The translations under genes and the position numbers were made by a program. DNA of 60,413 nucleotides, counting the filler. It is 6 parts of 6 records of this genome, joined end to end, with 100 filler letters (N's around TTAATTAATTAA, not from the genome) between each part and the next. Parts side by side here need not be neighbours in the genome. Positions count along the whole stretch, not along the records: positions 1 to 12,577 come from SRR20825006_3036; positions 12,678 to 20,738 come from SRR20825006_3040; 4 more parts are not named here. One strand, 5' to 3'. This document shows positions 10,694-20,838 of this stretch, piece by piece. How positions within the stretch are numbered: position 1 is the stretch's first letter; the number at the start of each line of letters is the position of its first letter. Under the pieces are notes generated by a model that was not told where the DNA came from, searched no databases, and worked only from the letters and a program-made list of their open reading frames with translations.

Positions 10694-11923
10694 TTAACCC
10701 GCCATTTCGGCGCGATTCAGCGCACAATGGCTCCAAAGCGCGTCCAAAGCATGAACCAGAGCATCCATTTCGCGCGGCCCGTGAACCGGTGAGGGCGTAA
10801 AGCGCAACCGCTCTGTGCCGCGCGGCACGGTCGGGAAATTCACCGGCTGAACGTAAATGCCATAATGTTCGAGCATCATGTCGGACATGAGTTTGGTGTG
10901 TTTCGGATCTCCCACAATCAACGGCACGATATGCGAGCCATTGTCGGTGATCGGCAGGCCAAGGCCTTTGAGCCGCAGTTTGAGGATTTTCGCCTGAGTC
11001 TGATGCTCTTCACGCAGCTTTACACCGCCCTCGCCTTTGAGGAAGGCGATCGATGTCGCCGCCCCTGCCGCCACAGCGGGCGGGATCGAGGTGGTGAAGA
11101 TAAAGCCCGGCGCATAAGAACGCACCGCGTCACACATTTTGGCCGAAGCAGCGATATAGCCGCCAAAGACGCCAAAGGCCTTGCCGAGTGTACCGTTGAC
11201 AATGTCGATCCGATCCAAAAGACCGTCGCGTTCGGCCACACCGCCCCCGCGCGGGCCGTACATGCCAACCGCGTGAACCTCGTCGAGATAGGTGAGCGCA
11301 TTGAATTCTTCGGCCAGATCACACAGCTCTTTGAGCGGACCAAAATCGCCATCCATCGAATAGATCGATTCAAAGGCGATGAGTTTCGGCGTTTCGGGAT
11401 CATCCGCCGCCAAAAGGGCGCGCAGGTGATCCAGATCGTTGTGACGGAAAATGCGTTTCGCGCCACCGTTGCGACGAATGCCCTCAATCATCGACGCATG
11501 ATTGAGCGAGTCGGAATAGATGATGAGACCGGGGAACAGCGTCGGCAGGGTCGAAAGCGTGGCATCATTGGCAATATAGGCCGAGGAGAACACCAAAGCC
11601 GCCTCTTTTTGATGCAGATCGGCAATCTCGGCTTCAAGACGTTTGTGATAAACCGTGGTGCCGGAAATATTGCGCGTGCCACCAGAACCCGCGCCCGTTG
11701 CATCCACCGCCTCTTTCATGGACGCGAGAACGGACGGGTGTTGACCCATGCCAAGATAATCGTTGCCGCACCACACGGTTACGGGTTGCTCTGAGCCATC
11801 CGGTTTGGTCCATGTGGCGTGCGGAAACTGCCCGCGCTTGCGTTCAATATCGATAAAGGTGCGGTAACGCCCTTCGTCGTGCAACCGTTGAAGTGCTTCG
11901 TCAAGCTTCGCCGTATAGTCCAC
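10694..11923 (-). CDS. hemA: 5-aminolevulinate synthase
   Basis: Motifs [37 protein letters not shown] and [11 protein letters not shown] start with AAAGGA RBS. Confidence 0.95.
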   Translation of the reverse strand: MDYTAKLDEALQRLHDEGRYRTFIDIERKRGQFPHATWTKPDGSEQPVTVWCGNDYLGMGQHPSVLASMKEAVDATGAGSGGTRNISGTTVYHKRLEAEIADLHQKEAALVFSSAYIANDATLSTLPTLFPGLIIYSDSLNHASMIEGIRRNGGAKRIFRHNDLDHLRALLAADDPETPKLIAFESIYSMDGDFGPLKELCDLAEEFNALTYLDEVHAVGMYGPRGGGVAERDGLLDRIDIVNGTLGKAFGVFGGYIAASAKMCDAVRSYAPGFIFTTSIPPAVAAGAATSIAFLKGEGGVKLREEHQTQAKILKLRLKGLGLPITDNGSHIVPLIVGDPKHTKLMSDMMLEHYGIYVQPVNFPTVPRGTERLRFTPSPVHGPREMDALVHALDALWSHCALNRAEMAG

Positions 11924-12090
11924 TGTTCGTCCTTTCGCGCGTCTCAGGTCTGCCTCTTTTAGCGGCATCAAGCGAAAATTGCGACTCATATTCACATTTC
12001 GCAAGATAATACCGCAACAGCCCCCTATGAGCCTCTTCTGCTCCGCCTTGTCAGCTTCACCTTCTTATGACGTATCCATTCCCTTTCAGA

Positions 12091-12104
12091 ATGATCTATG
12101 TCAA
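12091..12104 (-). promoter_or_regulatory. FNR/FnrL-like box upstream of hemA
   Basis: Minus strand TTGAC-ATAG-ATCAT matches 8/10 positions of TTGAT-N4-ATCAA. hemA is FnrL-regulated in Rhodobacter. Confidence 0.6.
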
Positions 12105-12186
12105 CCCGCCCGCCCCCTCTGGACACCATTTTTCAGAGGCGTAAGCTGCGGCAAAATATCCCGAGCATGATAAAAGGTTTCCCATA

Positions 12187-12577
12187 ATGAACTCTCGCCT
12201 CGCTCCGGTGCTTGAACGCATCGACACTGATCTCGACGCTACCCTTGATCGCTTGATGACATTTTTACGCATTCCGTCGATTTCGACCGACCCGGCCAAC
12301 AAGGCCGATTGCCAGGCGGCGGCGGAGTGGCTTGCCGCGGAATTGACTTCGTTGGGGGCGGATGCCGAAGTCTGCGCCACGCCCGGTCACCCGATGGTGA
12401 TGGGTAAAATCGGCTCCGGTGGGCCGCATTTGCTGTTTTACGGTCACTATGATGTGCAGCCGGTGGACCCGCTCACCCTCTGGGATCACGACCCGTTTGC
12501 GCCCTTTATCGAAGAGCGCGCGCAGGGCAAAGTGATCCGGGGCCGCGGCGCATCCGACGACAAGGGCCAGTTGATGA
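12187..12577 (+). CDS. M20/M25/M40 family dipeptidase (3' truncated)
   Basis: Motifs RIPSISTDP, YGHYDVQP and GRGASDDKGQ. Confidence 0.9.
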
Positions 12578-12677
12578 NNNNNNNNNNNNNNNNNNNNNNN
12601 NNNNNNNNNNNNNNNNNNNNNTTAATTAATTAANNNNNNNNNNNNNNNNNNNNNNNNNNNNNNNNNNNNNNNNNNNN
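12578..12677. other. Artificial contig spacer
   Basis: N-run containing TTAATTAATTAA, which gives stops in all six frames. Confidence 0.98.
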
Positions 12678-12766
12678 CCCCGCCGGGCGTTACCCGGCAC
12701 CGTGTCTCCGTGGAGCCCGGACTTTCCTCCAGCGGCTTGCGCCGCCAGCGGCCATCCAACCGCCTG
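12678..12766 (-). ncRNA. rnpB: RNase P RNA class A, 5' portion (truncated by contig end)
   Basis: Minus strand reads GGATGGCCGCT...GGAGGAAAGTCCGGGCTCCACGG...GGGTAACGCCC, including the conserved GAGGAAAGUCC motif. Confidence 0.92.
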
Positions 12767-12960
12767 ATCGGCGCAACAGATAGAGCCGGGGAGGGGGGCG
12801 GTCAAGCGGCGCCGTCGCCGTTGCGAAAATAGTGTCGCCTCCGGGGGATCGCGCCGGGCCGTGCATTCCTAGACTGGCCGGCATTGATTCAGACGGCGAG
12901 GGGCTGCATACCTTGAGCCGGGTCGCCGCATTCGTTCATCGAAAGGTCGAGGTTATCGCC

Positions 12961-13389
12961 ATGTCCGCCAGCAGCCAGTCCGCCGCCGAAGCTCTCGTGC
13001 AGCGTTATTACGATGCTTTCAATGCCGCTGACATGCCGGGAATGCTCGCCTGTCTTTCCGAAGATGTGGTGCATGATGTCAACCAGGGGCCGCGCCGGGT
13101 GGGCAAGGCCCTGTTCGGGGAATTCTGCGCCCATATGTCCCGCTGTTACCGGGAGCAGTTGTCGGACATTGTCATCATGGCGTCGGCCGATGGCAGCCGG
13201 GCCGCCGCCGAATTCACGGTGAGCGGCACCTATCTCGCGGATGACGAGGGGCTGCCACCCGCGACGGGGCAGACCTATAGGCTGCCCGGCGGCACCTTTC
13301 TCGACATCACGGACGGCAAGATCTCGCGAGTGACCACCTACTACAACCTCGAGGACTGGATCGCACAGGTGACCGGGAAGACGGCATGA
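12961..13389 (+). CDS. Ketosteroid isomerase-related / SnoaL (NTF2-fold) protein
   Basis: Motifs YYDAFNA, VVHDVNQG, RAAAEF and RVTTYYNL. Confidence 0.85.
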   Translation: MSASSQSAAEALVQRYYDAFNAADMPGMLACLSEDVVHDVNQGPRRVGKALFGEFCAHMSRCYREQLSDIVIMASADGSRAAAEFTVSGTYLADDEGLPPATGQTYRLPGGTFLDITDGKISRVTTYYNLEDWIAQVTGKTA

Positions 13390-13982
13390 GTATCGCGCTG
13401 TCCGTCCTGACCCCCGGTGCACCGGGCTACGAGCAAGCGGTCGAGCAGGTCGCGGCGTTGCGTATCACCGTGTTCCGCGAATGGCCCTATCTCTATGACG
13501 GGACAGTCGATTTCGAGCGCTGGTACATCGCCAAGCTGGCCGAGGCGGAGGGGGCGATCATTGTCGCCGCGAAGGACGGCGATGCCGTTATCGGTGTTTC
13601 CACCGGAATGCCGCTGTTGTCCGAGCATGAAGAGCTGATCGGCCCGTTCAGCGACTACGGGTTCGAGCCGGCCGAAGTGTTCTATGGCGCGGAAACGGTG
13701 ACGCTGCCGGAATATCGGGGCCGTGGCCTCTACCGGGAGTTCCTGGAACGCCGCCGCGAGCATGCGAAGCGTCTCGGCGGTTTCCGCTGGGAAACGTTCT
13801 GCGGCGTTGTCCGGCCCGCCGATCACCCGCTTCGGAACCATGCGGCCCGCCCGGTGGAAGCGGTCTGGGAACGGCTGGGTTATCGGCGCATCGAGGGGCT
13901 GACGACGGGCTTCTGCTGGAAAGACCTCGATGAAGACGCACAGAGCGAGAAGCTGATGCAGTTCTGGGTGCGGGAGCTTTGA
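13386..13982 (+). CDS. GNAT family N-acetyltransferase
   Basis: LRITVFREWPYLYDG and acetyl-CoA motif LPEYRGRGL; ATGA overlap with the upstream gene. Confidence 0.88.
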   Translation: MSIALSVLTPGAPGYEQAVEQVAALRITVFREWPYLYDGTVDFERWYIAKLAEAEGAIIVAAKDGDAVIGVSTGMPLLSEHEELIGPFSDYGFEPAEVFYGAETVTLPEYRGRGLYREFLERRREHAKRLGGFRWETFCGVVRPADHPLRNHAARPVEAVWERLGYRRIEGLTTGFCWKDLDEDAQSEKLMQFWVREL

Positions 13983-14911
13983 TGCGCCGGGCACGGAAAT
14001 TCACCGTCACCTCCGCCCAATACGCCATCGGCCGGCCAAAGAGCTTCGACGATTATGCCGCGCGGATTGCCGCGAAGGCGGAAGAGGCGGCCGGGGGCGG
14101 GGCGTCCCTGCTGATGTTTCCGGAATATGGCGCGATGGAACTGGCGTCACTCTTTGGCGAGGAGGTAGAGGCGGATCTGCAGGGGCAGATCGGCGCGTTA
14201 GACGGCCTGGCGCCAAAAGTCGATGCCCTGCATCTGGACCTTGCCGCGAAGCATGGCCTGCATATCCTCGCCGCGTCCCTGCCGTTACGCGTGCCGGGGC
14301 GGGAGTTGCCGGTGAACCGGGCGCGCCTGTTCGCACCGAACGGCCGGCACGGGCATCAGGACAAGATCATCATGACCCGTTTCGAACGGGAGGAGTGGGT
14401 GATCGGCGGCGGTGACGGTCTGTCGGTCTTCGAGACCGATCTCGGCTGTATCGGCGTTGCCATCTGCTACGACTGCGAATTCCCGCTGCTGGTCCGGACC
14501 ATGGTCGAGGCCGGGGCTGAGCTGATCCTGATCCCGAGCTGCACGGACACCTTGCGCGGCCATGGCCGTGTCCGTGTCGGCGCTATGGCCCGGGCGCTGG
14601 AAAGCCAGTGTTACGCCGTCGTCAGCCCGACCGTCGGCAAGGCGCCCTGGTCGCCATCCGTCGATATCAATCGCGGCGTCGCCGGTGTCTATGGCCCGCC
14701 CGATATCGGCTTTCCCGAAACAGGGATTGTCGCTGAAGGCCGATTTGACGAGGACATGCTGCTCTTCGCCGAAATCAACCTCGATCTGGTCGCCGAAGCG
14801 CGGCAGTCGGGTCAGGTACTGAACCACCAGCACTGGAACGAGCAACCCGGCGCCGACCTCTGGCCAATCCCGCCGGTCCGGACTTTCGATCTGCTCTCTG
14901 ACGAAGAGTAA
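13982..14911 (+). CDS. Carbon-nitrogen hydrolase (nitrilase superfamily)
   Basis: Catalytic triad in FPEY, QDK and ICYDCEF; TGATG overlap with the GNAT gene. Confidence 0.9.
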   Translation: MRRARKFTVTSAQYAIGRPKSFDDYAARIAAKAEEAAGGGASLLMFPEYGAMELASLFGEEVEADLQGQIGALDGLAPKVDALHLDLAAKHGLHILAASLPLRVPGRELPVNRARLFAPNGRHGHQDKIIMTRFEREEWVIGGGDGLSVFETDLGCIGVAICYDCEFPLLVRTMVEAGAELILIPSCTDTLRGHGRVRVGAMARALESQCYAVVSPTVGKAPWSPSVDINRGVAGVYGPPDIGFPETGIVAEGRFDEDMLLFAEINLDLVAEARQSGQVLNHQHWNEQPGADLWPIPPVRTFDLLSDEE

Positions 14912-15098
14912 GGCGCGCAGTCATGAGTGGATGCGTGTTGATGGCTCTTAAGGGTGGCAAGCGGTCGTTCGCCTATTTAGTTTAGTCTACGAACCTAGCT
15001 TCGCCCAGGTGCCTGCATTCAATAGAATCTGCACCGTCAATTTGGCGGACAGGATGCCAGCAGTGATACTAATATCCAGAGAAATTTCTTACTCAACA

Positions 15099-15112
15099 TT
15101 GAGGTGGAACAA
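15099..15112 (+). promoter_or_regulatory. Putative NnrR box upstream of nirK
   Basis: TTGAG-GTGG-AACAA (TTG-N8-CAA), about 65 nt before the nirK ATG. Confidence 0.55.
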
Positions 15113-15177
15113 CGTACCCTTGGGCACAACTCGCTAAACCTTCCTTGAACAGTGTTTCAACTCGAAAGGAAAAAGCG

Positions 15178-16326
15178 ATGTTGACGCGTAGAGCCGCATT
15201 GATTGGCGCCGCAGGCCTTGCTGTAACGCCACTGGCCATTAAAGCCGCACAAGGCGAAGAAATCATGGACACGTCGATGGCTCCCCCGGCCGACGTGTCG
15301 TCCCTCAAGCGCATCAAGCACAAGCTGGTGAAACCGCCGTTCGTGCATGCGCATGAGCAAATCGCGCCCGCCGAGCCGCGTATTGTCGAGTTTGAAATGC
15401 AGATCGTCGAGAAAGAGATGCAGATCGCCGACGATGCCTACCTGCAGGCGATGACATTCAATGGATCAGTCCCGGGCCCGATGATGGTGGTTCATGAGGG
15501 CGATTACGTTGAACTCACGCTGTACAACAGCCCGAACAACATGATGCAGCACAACATCGACTTTCACTCGGCAACCGGCGCATTGGGTGGCGGGTCACTG
15601 ACCCTGATCAATCCAGGGGAAAAGACGACGCTGCGCTGGAAGGCAACGCGTCCCGGCACGTTTGTCTATCACTGTGCACCCGGCGGCCCGATGATCCCAT
15701 GGCATGTTGTCTCCGGCATGTCGGGCGCCGTCATGGTGCTGCCGCGCAAGGGTCTGACGGATCACAATGGCAAACCGGTCAGCTACGACCGCGTCTATTA
15801 TATCGGCGAGAATGATTTCTACGTCCCGAAGGATGAGAACGGCGATTACAAGCGCTTCGCCGATGTCGGTGACAGCTATTCCGATACCCTCGAAGTGATG
15901 AACGGCCTGATCCCGAGCCATGTCGTGTTCAATGGCAGGGTCGGCGCTCTAACCGGCGACAATGCGCTGACGGCGGTCCAGGGCGAGCGGGTTCTGTTCG
16001 TTCACAGCCAGGCCAACCGGGACAGCCGCCCGCACCTCATCGGCGGGCATGGCGATCTGGTCTGGGAGCAGGGCAAGTTCAACAATGCTCCCGATCGGGA
16101 CCTGGAAACCTGGTTCATCCGGGGCGGCTCGGCAGGCGCCGCGCTCTATGAGTTCCTGCAGCCGGGTGTCTATGCCTATGTGAACCACAATTTGATCGAA
16201 GCCGTGAATCTCGGCGCAACCGCTCACGTGCTGGTCGAAGGGAAATGGAACAATGACCTGATGGAGCAGGTTGTTCCTCCGACGGAATACAATGCCGCAC
16301 ATGAAGGCAGGACGGCGCTGCCCTGA
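15178..16326 (+). CDS. nirK: Copper-containing nitrite reductase
   Basis: Tat signal TRRAAL; motifs HNIDFH, YHCAP...WHVVSGM, PHLIGGH and YVNHNL. Confidence 0.97.
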   Translation: MLTRRAALIGAAGLAVTPLAIKAAQGEEIMDTSMAPPADVSSLKRIKHKLVKPPFVHAHEQIAPAEPRIVEFEMQIVEKEMQIADDAYLQAMTFNGSVPGPMMVVHEGDYVELTLYNSPNNMMQHNIDFHSATGALGGGSLTLINPGEKTTLRWKATRPGTFVYHCAPGGPMIPWHVVSGMSGAVMVLPRKGLTDHNGKPVSYDRVYYIGENDFYVPKDENGDYKRFADVGDSYSDTLEVMNGLIPSHVVFNGRVGALTGDNALTAVQGERVLFVHSQANRDSRPHLIGGHGDLVWEQGKFNNAPDRDLETWFIRGGSAGAALYEFLQPGVYAYVNHNLIEAVNLGATAHVLVEGKWNNDLMEQVVPPTEYNAAHEGRTALP

Positions 16327-16404
16327 GTTCGGTCGATCATTTCATCTTAAACGAGGGGCGGCTGGAAACGGTTGCCCCTTTCTATCTTGTCGAGGGATAC
16401 CGAA

Positions 16405-17229
16405 ATGCGCTCCCTGACCCTATCGCTCTCCGCTCTTGCCTTGACCGTATCCGTTGCCGCAGTGATCGGCTGGCATATGTCTGCGCCGACAATTACCGAA
16501 CTCCCAGAGACCGTCGTGATCGGGCCGGGTCCGTACACCTACCGCCCCGCCGGGAATTACCGGTATTACGGCAAGCTCGTTGAGGCCCCGCTGGAATTGC
16601 ATGAGGCGGAAACGCCGCTTGAGATCATGAAGTTTCAGGTCAGCCGCGCCGAGTATGCGGCCTGTGTCGCTGACGGTGCCTGCAAGGCTTCGGTCGTTTC
16701 CCGAGGCGGCAGCCCGACAAGTGCGGAAATGCCTCAAACCGAGGTCAACTGGTACGATGCAACGGCATATGCCGCCTGGTTCTCGCGCCAGACGGGTCTG
16801 CACTGGCGCCTTCCCGATGACAGGGAATGGCAGCGCGCCGCCGCCGAGCGGTTTGTCGAGGAAGCCATCGTCGAGGAAGCGAAGGACGACCCGGCACAGC
16901 GCTGGCTGGAAGCCTATGCCCGTAATGTCGCGGCCCGCGACGGCACGGAAACGGAACTCAGGCCGCGCGGGGCGTTTGGCGAGAACTCGCATGGCCTGTC
17001 CGACCTTGCCGGCAATGTCTGGGAGTGGACCAGCACTTGTGTCGCCAACACCTATCTGGCCGCTGACGGGGAGAAATCCGAGACGCAGCAGGAATATTGC
17101 GGCGCTCATATCGCAGAAGGAAAACACCGGGCGATCGTAATCGATCTGGTCCGCGATCCGAAGGTCGGCGGCTGTGCCGCCGGCCTGCCCGCGGATTATG
17201 TCGGCTTTCGGCTGGTGCTGGTCAGATAA
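16405..17229 (+). CDS. nirV: NirV-like FGE-sulfatase domain protein
   Basis: Motifs VNWYDA, RLPDDREW, DLAGNVWEW and VGFRLV; directly downstream of nirK. Confidence 0.85.
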   Translation: MRSLTLSLSALALTVSVAAVIGWHMSAPTITELPETVVIGPGPYTYRPAGNYRYYGKLVEAPLELHEAETPLEIMKFQVSRAEYAACVADGACKASVVSRGGSPTSAEMPQTEVNWYDATAYAAWFSRQTGLHWRLPDDREWQRAAAERFVEEAIVEEAKDDPAQRWLEAYARNVAARDGTETELRPRGAFGENSHGLSDLAGNVWEWTSTCVANTYLAADGEKSETQQEYCGAHIAEGKHRAIVIDLVRDPKVGGCAAGLPADYVGFRLVLVR

Positions 17230-18377
17230 GGCCCGATCTTCAGTGTGAAGATCGCAAAGCCCGCAATCCAGAGGCCTGCGGCGATCCAGAGCCCGGAGAT
17301 GCCTCCGACATGAATCTCAGGAAAGCACGCCCGGACAAGGGCGGCGCAAAAAATCATGCCTGCGGCACCGGTGATAAAAGGACCGGCCTCGAGCTTGCGG
17401 CCGGTATGTCCGAGAGATGCCCTGATCATAACTGCCATTGTCATTCCGCCTATGGCACCAATACCGAGCAGATGAGCCCCGGCCGCGGGAGGGAGCCAGC
17501 CGGCCGAAGCGGCGCCGGCGGCAGCCAGCCCGAGCGGCACGAAGGCATAGGCTATATGCAGCATGACAAGCAGCGGCGACCTCCAGGTTCTTGCCCCCTG
17601 CCACCGGCTCAGGCGCACGCCCTGCAATCCGGCTGCGCCCAGCATTGCCCCCGCTGTGATCCGGCTCTCCGGGAAGAATGACCAGCCGAGAAGAGCGCCC
17701 GCGCTGGTAAGCAGGCAAACCGCGTCGAGCCGGTTGAACGGGGCGGGAAGCTTGTCGTTGTTGCGCTTGACCAGCCAGTTCCGGGTAAAGCTCGGGATGA
17801 TCCGGCCGCCAATCAGCGTAATCAGAAAGACGATGACACTGATCCCCAGCCGCCGGCCAATGTCCGAGGCTCCGAAAAACCGGACCTCGAGATGAAAGAC
17901 CAGATTGGCGCCGAGCAGAAGGAACACCGGGATCACAACCATCAGATTGCGCCAGTTCCGGCCGGCAACGATCTCCATGATGGTCGTGGCGACGATGACA
18001 GCCAGGAACGCCAGATCGACAAGCATGACGCCAAGCGGATCCATTCCGAAGGCCCCGCCGCAGGCCAGCCTGCCGGCAAGCCACAGGATAAGCAGGAAGA
18101 TCAGTGGCCAGCCGCGCTTGGGTGAACGTCCGGTCCAGTTCGGAATTGCCGTAAACAGGAACCCGGCGATGACTGCCGATGTATATCCGAACAGCATTTC
18201 ATGGATATGCCAGTCGGTGGGCGTAAAGGGCCCTGCAAGATCGTGCACTCCGTCCAGCAACAGCATCCAGCAAAAGATCGCAATGCCCGCGAAAATGGCT
18301 GCGGACAGGAAAAACGGCCGAAATCCATAGCTGAACAATGCCAGTTCACGGCCGGGTACCCGTGTCTCGTTGGTCAT
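17196..18377 (-). CDS. nnrS: NnrS membrane protein
   Basis: Motifs GFRPFFL, WHIHEMLFGY, TAIPNWTG, GGRIIPSFT and RASLGHTGR. Confidence 0.93.
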   Translation of the reverse strand: MTNETRVPGRELALFSYGFRPFFLSAAIFAGIAIFCWMLLLDGVHDLAGPFTPTDWHIHEMLFGYTSAVIAGFLFTAIPNWTGRSPKRGWPLIFLLILWLAGRLACGGAFGMDPLGVMLVDLAFLAVIVATTIMEIVAGRNWRNLMVVIPVFLLLGANLVFHLEVRFFGASDIGRRLGISVIVFLITLIGGRIIPSFTRNWLVKRNNDKLPAPFNRLDAVCLLTSAGALLGWSFFPESRITAGAMLGAAGLQGVRLSRWQGARTWRSPLLVMLHIAYAFVPLGLAAAGAASAGWLPPAAGAHLLGIGAIGGMTMAVMIRASLGHTGRKLEAGPFITGAAGMIFCAALVRACFPEIHVGGISGLWIAAGLWIAGFAIFTLKIGPYLTSTSRKPT

Positions 18378-18464
18378 CTCTGTGGTTTCCGCGTTGAAAA
18401 TGACAAAAGGACGATGCACATGCGTGGCATCGCCCTCTCAGGACCGGTCAGTTCGAGGTCCGGA

Positions 18465-18896
18465 TCACTTGACCTGGGCGAAGGCGGCATCAAACCGTTT
18501 CTTGGCCTTGCCCCGCTGTTTGACAGCCAGCACGTCATCAAGATTTGTGGCCTTGCCGACCTGGATCAGGGCAACCATCCCCATCCCGTAGTGAGGGGTG
18601 CACTTGAGCCCGTAAAGACCTTCGGTCTTCACGACGAGATCGAAATCCTTGTTCATCTTGCTCTTGAAATCTTCGACCCCGGCCGGAAGCATTCCCTTGA
18701 TCGATTCCACGTTATGGCCCTTGTCGGTCGCAACGAAGTAAATGGTGTCTCCCGGCTGGGCGGCAACAAAGTCAGGCTCGAAGACCATGGAGCCAGCTTC
18801 GCCCTTGTTGAGCATCTTGACTTCGTAGGTTTCTGCAAAAGCGGATCCCGCCATCATGGCAAGAGCTGCGGTCGCCATTACTATTTTGCTGAACAT
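18465..18896 (-). CDS. paz: Pseudoazurin
   Basis: Signal peptide, EVKMLN, GHNV and type-1 Cu ligands CTPHYGMGM. Confidence 0.93.
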   Translation of the reverse strand: MFSKIVMATAALAMMAGSAFAETYEVKMLNKGEAGSMVFEPDFVAAQPGDTIYFVATDKGHNVESIKGMLPAGVEDFKSKMNKDFDLVVKTEGLYGLKCTPHYGMGMVALIQVGKATNLDDVLAVKQRGKAKKRFDAAFAQVK

Positions 18897-18966
18897 CGAA
18901 AATTCCGTTCTTTGTTTTCGGTATTTTTGCCTGACAGCGTTATGCTTTAGTGCGGCGAAAGGCTCT

Positions 18967-18980
18967 TTGTGCTGCAACAA
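18967..18980. promoter_or_regulatory. Putative NnrR box between divergent paz and nnrR
   Basis: TTGTG-CTGC-AACAA. Confidence 0.65.
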
Positions 18981-18995
18981 ACTTCGGGACGGGTT

Positions 18996-19694
18996 TTGAA
19001 TAAATTAGATGAAAGCCTTCTCGTCGGGCTTCCTCCGTTCCGGCAGCTTGAGCGCGCACAAATCCGTGAAATCCTTGATCAGGCCGTCTCCAGACGGGTG
19101 GAAGAAGGCGCGGCGGTCTTTTCCGAGGGCATGCATGCCGCGCATTTTTACCTGCTGCTGGACGGCTATATCCGGGTTGTGAAATCCACGCCCGGGGGAG
19201 AGCACATCATCGCGATGCATATCGCTCCGGGGCAGCTTTTCGGCATTGCCCCGGCCCTCGGGCGCGATACCTATCCCGCGACAGCAATTGCCGCGGCGGA
19301 GACGATCGCCTTGTCATGGCCGGTCCGTTTGTGGGCCGAGTTCACAGCGAAATATGACGGCTTCGCGACCGAGACCTACAAAATCGTGGGCGAGCGTATG
19401 GGAGAATTGCACTCCCAGTTGATGGAGCTGGCGACCCAGGCCGTGGAACAGCGTTTGGCCGCGGCCCTTCTCAGGATGGTCAACCAGTCCGGCCGGAAGG
19501 TCGAGAACGGCATTGAAATAGCCTTCCCCATCACCCGGCAGAATATCTCGGAAATGACAGGCACGACACTTCATACGGTCAGCCGGCTGCTCAGTGCCTG
19601 GCAGAAACAGGGGATTGTGGAGAGCACGCGGCGTCATATTGTCGTGACGGACCCGCATCGCCTGGTTCTGCTGAGCGGCGTCACCGGCTCGTAG
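18996..19694 (+). CDS. nnrR: Crp/Fnr family regulator NnrR
   Basis: cNMP-like domain and HTH motif [19 protein letters not shown], within the nir/nor cluster. TTG start inferred. Confidence 0.9.
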   Translation: MNKLDESLLVGLPPFRQLERAQIREILDQAVSRRVEEGAAVFSEGMHAAHFYLLLDGYIRVVKSTPGGEHIIAMHIAPGQLFGIAPALGRDTYPATAIAAAETIALSWPVRLWAEFTAKYDGFATETYKIVGERMGELHSQLMELATQAVEQRLAAALLRMVNQSGRKVENGIEIAFPITRQNISEMTGTTLHTVSRLLSAWQKQGIVESTRRHIVVTDPHRLVLLSGVTGS

Positions 19695-19701
19695 TTTCCG
19701 A

Positions 19702-19911
19702 TTACAGGCCAGCGGCTTCGCGCAACTCCGCCCGAAACGCCTCTTCATCCAGTTTGTATTCCGCGCAGGCATCGACAATCGTGTGAAATGGCGCAATGGG
19801 GCAGCCAAAGCACAACATCCGATGTCTTATGAACACAGCAGGCGTTTCGGGCCATTCCTTGAACAGCGTGGCCAGAGGTAAGTCGGGATCGTCAATGTCA
19901 GGCGATGTCAT
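19702..19911 (-). CDS. DUF1858 (hybrid-cluster-associated redox) small protein
   Basis: WPETPAVF...MLCFGCPIAPFHTIVDAC. Confidence 0.8.
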   Translation of the reverse strand: MTSPDIDDPDLPLATLFKEWPETPAVFIRHRMLCFGCPIAPFHTIVDACAEYKLDEEAFRAELREAAGL

Positions 19912-20038
19912 GGCATTATTGCCCCTGAAACGCGAAGCTCCCAGCCCGTGCCCCCAAGCCCATGATCGTCATGTGATCACAGCGGGCGATCACCGATCCT
20001 GTGCGATCCCGTTCTGACACGGAAAATCGTCACGTTCT

Positions 20039-20052
20039 TTGCGCTGCGACAA
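20039..20052 (+). promoter_or_regulatory. Putative NnrR box upstream of norC
   Basis: TTGCG-CTGC-GACAA, about 60 nt before the norC ATG. Confidence 0.7.
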
Positions 20053-20113
20053 CATTGCCCTGTCCGTCCCCCGGTATTTTGCCTGATCCGCAACAGTGAT
20101 CAGGTCCGGCACA

Positions 20114-20566
20114 ATGTCAGAGATCCTTACAAAATCGCGGGCCAGGAACATTTTTTATGGAGGATCCCTGTTCTTCATAGCCGTGTTCGTGGTCATGACC
20201 TTCCACAGTCATCGCTATGTCGTTGAAACATCCACGGCAGGCATGCCGCTGACCGACGCGGTCAAACTCGGCAAGGAAGTCTGGGAACAGCACAGCTGCA
20301 TCAACTGTCACACGCTGCATGGCGAAGGCGCGTATTTCGCGCCGGAAGTCGGCAACGTGATGACCCGCTGGGGCGTGCTCGACGATCCCGAAGGGGCCTT
20401 CGAGATCCTCGATGCATGGATGAAGGCACAGCCTTCCGGAACGCCCGGCCGGCGGCAGATGCCGCACTTCGAAATCACCGAGGAAGAAATGCGCGGGCTG
20501 GCCGAATTCCTCCGCTGGGCCGATCAGACCGACACCCAGAACTGGCCGCCGAACGACGCGGGTTAA
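20114..20566 (+). CDS. norC: Nitric oxide reductase cytochrome c subunit
   Basis: ARNIFYGGSLFF, heme motif CINCH, GRRQMP and WPPNDAG. Confidence 0.96.
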   Translation: MSEILTKSRARNIFYGGSLFFIAVFVVMTFHSHRYVVETSTAGMPLTDAVKLGKEVWEQHSCINCHTLHGEGAYFAPEVGNVMTRWGVLDDPEGAFEILDAWMKAQPSGTPGRRQMPHFEITEEEMRGLAEFLRWADQTDTQNWPPNDAG

Positions 20567-20579
20567 GGGAGAAAAATTC

Positions 20580-20738
20580 ATGAAATACGCATCACAAAAA
20601 GTGGCCTACGCCTACTTCATCGTTGCGATGGGGCTGTTTGCCATTCAAGTGCTGGGTGGCCTGCTGGCCGGCTGGATCTATGTCTCTCCGAACACATTGT
20701 CCGAGCTGCTGCCGTTCAACATCATCCGCATGATCCAC
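20580..20738 (+). CDS. norB: Nitric oxide reductase large subunit (3' truncated)
   Basis: MKYASQKVAYAYF...LPFNIIRMIH, immediately after norC. Confidence 0.92.
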
Positions 20739-20838
20739 NNNNNNNNNNNNNNNNNNNNNNNNNNNNNNNNNNNNNNNNNNNNTTAATTAATTAANNNNNN
20801 NNNNNNNNNNNNNNNNNNNNNNNNNNNNNNNNNNNNNN
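20739..20838. other. Artificial contig spacer
   Basis: N-run containing TTAATTAATTAA. Confidence 0.98.

Noticed and set aside
12622-12633. TTAATTAATTAA palindrome recurring five times
   Set aside because: Synthetic linker inside N-runs; not biological.
15145-15160. TTGAACAGTGTTTCAA inverted repeat before nirK as an FNR box
   Set aside because: Spacing is TTG-N10-CAA rather than N8 and it lies next to the RBS; the 15099 site fits better.
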